A stretch of 64,000 nucleotides of DNA. Source: an uncultured Acidobacteriota bacterium (GTDB lineage Bacteria; Acidobacteriota; Thermoanaerobaculia; Multivoradales; JAHEKO01). This document shows positions 62,160 through 64,000 of the stretch, piece after piece. The stretch is from positions 1,760,001-1,824,000 of the forward strand of contig CAVQNG010000003.1 of the NCBI GenBank assembly GCA_963713825.1, written 5' to 3'. Every line of letters begins with the position of its first letter. The first letter of the stretch is position 1. Below the pieces are notes generated by a model. That model saw only the letters and a list, made by a program, of their open reading frames with translations. It was not told the origin of the DNA and searched no databases. The translations under genes and the position numbers were made by a program.

Positions 62160-64000
62160 ATGACGATTCGAGACTTCTCTGCAGAAGAGATGCTCAGAGA
62201 ACAGATGGGCGGATTGCCGGCGACTGACGAGGCGACTCTGCCTCCTCTCGGAACCCTCGATCGGCGTCAGTTCCTCAAGGCCGTCGGTGGCGGCATCGTA
62301 GTCCTCGTTGCCATGGGAGGTTCTGGCGGCTCGGTCGTCGAGGCCCAGGGAATGGGCTATCCGGAGGATTTCAACGCCTACCTCCGCATTGGCAAGGATG
62401 GCCGGGTTACCGTTTTCTCCGGCAAGATCGAGATGGGGCAGGGCGTCATGACTTCGCTGGCCCAGATGGCCGCCGAGGAGCTGGGCGTCAGCCTGCATCG
62501 CATCGACATGATCATGGGTGACACCGATCTGTGCCCGTATGACCGCGGAACCTGGGGTTCGATGAGCACGCGGTTCTTTGGCCCGGCTGTTCGCGCTGCC
62601 GCCGCCAAGGCCCGCGAAGTGCTCCTCGACCTGGCCTCGGAGCGCTTCGGAGCTCCGATCGACAGGCTGAGGGTGAAGGATGGTGTCATCACTCTGCTTA
62701 CCGACCGATCTCGAACCTTCACCTTCGGCGATCTTGCGGGTGGCGAGCCGATCACTCACACCATCGATCGAGAAGCGGTGCTCAGAAGCGTCCGCGAATT
62801 CAAGGCGATGGGCGTGCCGACCAAGCGGCTGGACGCGCTCGACAAGGTCACGGGAAAAGCCAAGTACGCCGGAGACATCCAGTTGCCGGGCATGCTCTAC
62901 GCCCGCCAGCTGCGGCCACCTGCGCACAGCTCCGAGCTCCGCAGCGTGGAGACCTCGAAGGCCGAAGAGGTGCCTGGCGTAGTTATCGTCAACCAGGATG
63001 GTGTCGTCGCGGCGCTGCACGAAGATCCCGAGCAGGCCGAGCGCGCACTGGGCCTCATCGAGGCCAATTGGCAGACTCCAGAGCCTCACGTCGATGAGAC
63101 GACGATCTGGGACTACTTGCGATCCAAGGACCCTGGTGGCGAGCCCGATGACGTGAGGGGCAGCGTCGGGGAGGGGGCGGAAAGCTCTACGAAGCGCTTC
63201 AGCCGCACCTACTACGATGGGTACGTCGCGCACGCCCCGATCGAAACTCACACCGCGACGGCTACCGTACAAGACGGCAAGGTCACGCTTTGGGTCTCAA
63301 CGCAGTCTCCATTCGGGAATCAAGCCACGGTGGCAGACGCCCTCGGGATTCCGAAGGAGCAGGTGCGAGTCATCACCCCCTACGTAGGCGGCGGTTTCGG
63401 CGGCAAGTCCACGGCTCACCAGGCAACGGAAGCCGCTCGGCTCACCCGCATCGTCGGACGTCCGGTTCAGGTGGCATACACGCGGGCCGAGGAGTTCTTC
63501 TACGACACGTTTCAGCCAGCCGCCTTCATCGAGATCGACTCTGGCATCGATGATGGGGGCCACATCGCGCTTTGGGACTACCATGTCTTCTTCGCCGGTG
63601 ACCGGGGAGCCGAGCAGCTCTACGACGTGCCGAACAGTCAGATCGTCGTGCACAGCCAGGGATGGCGCGCGCCGGGTGTCCACCCGTTTGCCACTGGCGC
63701 TTGGCGGGCTCCCGGTGCGAACACCAACATCTTCGCCAAGGAGTCGCAGATCGATGTGATGGCGGCGGCGGCCGGGATGGACCCGATCGAATTCCGTCTG
63801 CGCAACACCAGGGACAAGCGGCTCAGAAGTGTTCTCAAAGCCGTTGCCGACGCCTACGATTGGGAGCCGCAGCCCACACCGAGTGGTCGGGGCCTGGGAG
63901 TGGCCTGCGGCATCGATGCTGGCACCTATGTGGCGCACATCGTCGAGGTGGTGGTGGACCGAACGACCGGCGAAGTTCAGGTGAAGCGAGTCGTCTGCGC
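62160..64000 (+). CDS. Molybdopterin-binding large subunit, IorB-like, with Tat motif (runs off the window)
   Basis: Translated by hand from ATG 62160: LDRRQFLKAVGGGIVVLV, AYLRIGKDGRVTVFSGKIEMGQG, KVTGKAKY, GGGFGGK and WRAPG. Confidence 0.93.
   Translation, partial: MTIRDFSAEEMLREQMGGLPATDEATLPPLGTLDRRQFLKAVGGGIVVLVAMGGSGGSVVEAQGMGYPEDFNAYLRIGKDGRVTVFSGKIEMGQGVMTSLAQMAAEELGVSLHRIDMIMGDTDLCPYDRGTWGSMSTRFFGPAVRAAAAKAREVLLDLASERFGAPIDRLRVKDGVITLLTDRSRTFTFGDLAGGEPITHTIDREAVLRSVREFKAMGVPTKRLDALDKVTGKAKYAGDIQLPGMLYARQLRPPAHSSELRSVETSKAEEVPGVVIVNQDGVVAALHEDPEQAERALGLIEANWQTPEPHVDETTIWDYLRSKDPGGEPDDVRGSVGEGAESSTKRFSRTYYDGYVAHAPIETHTATATVQDGKVTLWVSTQSPFGNQATVADALGIPKEQVRVITPYVGGGFGGKSTAHQATEAARLTRIVGRPVQVAYTRAEEFFYDTFQPAAFIEIDSGIDDGGHIALWDYHVFFAGDRGAEQLYDVPNSQIVVHSQGWRAPGVHPFATGAWRAPGANTNIFAKESQIDVMAAAAGMDPIEFRLRNTRDKRLRSVLKAVADAYDWEPQPTPSGRGLGVACGIDAGTYVAHIVEVVVDRTTGEVQVKRVVC

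Overview
GC-rich (roughly 60-65% by eye), gene-dense bacterial DNA. It most likely comes from an Acidobacteriota genome, plausibly Thermoanaerobaculia-like: it has a PadR plus ADOP permease pair, five Hanks-type Ser/Thr kinases and a TIGR02999/ECF43-type sigma-kinase pair. About 47 CDSs are supportable; I saw no rRNA, tRNA, CRISPR array or transposase. Two candidate undescribed systems stand out. (1) At 1-11.9 kb, a sigma54 operon has a clear -24/-12 promoter, three tandem enhancer-like sites and a pseudo-receiver bEBP. It encodes a PLP enzyme, a DUF1611/DgcN-like protein, a MurL-like ATP-dependent epimerase fused to a creatininase-type amidohydrolase, a USP and an APC permease, and it sits next to rimB-rimK(RCK_C)-astE. 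This suggests an acetylate/epimerise/deacetylate route for D-glutamate or another D-amino acid. (2) Four unrelated secreted proteins end in the same 19-residue motif [IV]F-x-[DS]-[GS]-FE-x-G-[DG]-x3-W-x5-stop, a candidate C-terminal sorting or assembly signal. Also present: an octaheme HAO-family cytochrome of apparent reductive type, a VapBC module that is probably leaderless, two REP-like palindrome families, and heptamer repeats that flank and invade a kinase gene. All family assignments come from motif recognition by eye; no searches were run.
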